DNA from: Bugula neritina
Taxonomy: Eukaryota; Animalia; Bryozoa
Direction of reading: 5' to 3'
NCBI GenBank assembly: GCA_964035545.1
Contig: CAXIUT010000097.1
Location: forward strand, 248,001-312,000
DNA: 64,000 nucleotides
Shown: one piece after another, positions 63,399 through 64,000 of the stretch
How the letters are laid out: the number at the start of each line of letters is the position of its first letter
How positions within the stretch are numbered: position 1 is the stretch's first letter
The notes under the pieces: model-generated
Seen by the model: the letters and a program-made list of their open reading frames with translations, nothing else
What the model was told of the DNA's origin: nothing
Database searches by the model: none
Position numbers and translations under genes: made by a program

Positions 63399-64000
63399 AT
63401 ACTAAAATATACTGCAACATACTGAAATACACTGCAGAATACTGAAATACACTGTAACATACTGAAATATACTGCAAAATACTGAAATACACCGCTACAT
63501 ACTGAAATATACTGCAACACACTGCGACATACTGCAACATACTAAAATACACTGTAACATATTGAAATACACTGCAACACATTGAAATATACTGCAATGT
63601 ACCGAAATATATGGTAAACTACTGAAATATACTGTCACACATGGAAAAACACTGCAACATACTGAAATATACTGCGACACATTGCAATATACTGTAACGT
63701 ACTGAAATATGCTGTAGCACATTGAAATACACTGCAACTCACTGAAATATACTGCAACATGCTGAAATACACTGTAACATATTGAAATATACTGCAACAT
63801 ACTGAAATACACTGCTACATACTAAAATATACTGCAACATACTGCAACATAGTGAAATACACTGTAACATACTGAAATACACTGCAACATACTACAACAT
63901 ATTGAAATACACTGCGACACATTGAAATATACTGCATTATACCTAAATATACGGTGATATACCAAAATATACTGTAACACATTTAAAAATACTGCAACAT

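Larger units (their letters stand above)
1..64000. repeat. Satellite DNA array, 10-bp monomer / 20-bp dimer (consensus ACTGCAACAT ACTGAAATAY), one orientation throughout, running off both window ends
   Basis: Every line parses into 10-mers starting ACTG/ATTG/ACTA/AGTG/ACCG; C-type (ACTGCAACAY, ACTGTAACAT, ACTGCTACAT, ACTGCAAAAT) and A-type (ACTGAAATAY) monomers mostly alternate. No non-repeat insertion or inverted segment was seen. The consensus 20-mer ACTGCAACATACTGAAATAT is A9 T5 C4 G2, so the strands are strongly asymmetric. Confidence 0.99.

Noticed and set aside
100-63812. Hundreds of minus-strand ORFs (61-256 aa) resembling Cys-rich or membrane proteins
   Set aside because: They overlap in all three frames with the same peptide, reflect a 10-bp (non-triplet) repeat, end at sporadic variant monomers, and show no domain or frame preference.
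1-64000. CRISPR array (landmarks as repeats, intervening DNA as spacers)
   Set aside because: The intervening DNA is the same 10-bp satellite, hundreds of bp long and not unique; no cas genes or leader.
1-64000. Telomeric repeat array (T/G-rich minus strand)
   Set aside because: No G-runs, and the heterogeneous monomers with kilobase HORs indicate recombinational amplification rather than telomerase templating. A subtelomeric location is not excluded.
1-64000. Transposon, LTR or inversion inside the array
   Set aside because: No non-satellite sequence, terminal inverted repeats or strand switch was seen; the long direct repeats consist purely of satellite.
1-64000. Assignment to a known satellite or taxon (e.g. 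Drosophila AATAT/AATAC or the 10-bp AATAACATAG satellite)
   Set aside because: Only pentamer-level resemblance; the ACTG core is absent from those repeats and no database search could be run.

Overview
The whole 64-kb window is one uninterrupted, single-orientation satellite DNA array (eukaryote-like heterochromatic, possibly centromeric; the organism cannot be identified from this sequence). It is built from a 10-bp monomer with two alternating classes, ACTGCAACAY and ACTGAAATAY, giving a 20-bp dimer. These assemble into 120-bp and 140-bp modules, ~890/1030-bp units and a mosaic of multi-kb, near-identical higher-order repeats (HORs) or duplications (periods 7583/5086, 4976, 757, 2810, 5385 and 6629 bp). 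No gene, RNA gene, transposon or CRISPR array is supported. The hundreds of overlapping minus-strand Cys/Tyr/Val/Gln ORFs arise because the minus-strand consensus has no stop codon. The most interesting signals are: a strict 10-bp register broken only by copies of three ancestral deletions; a modular 120/140-bp grammar; two homologous TACC-N9-GGT landmark motifs and their chimera; long-range block sharing between domains; and a mutation spectrum concentrated at the CTG/CAG core. Coordinates were derived by eye and from repeated ORF offsets, so boundaries are approximate (+/- 10-30 bp).
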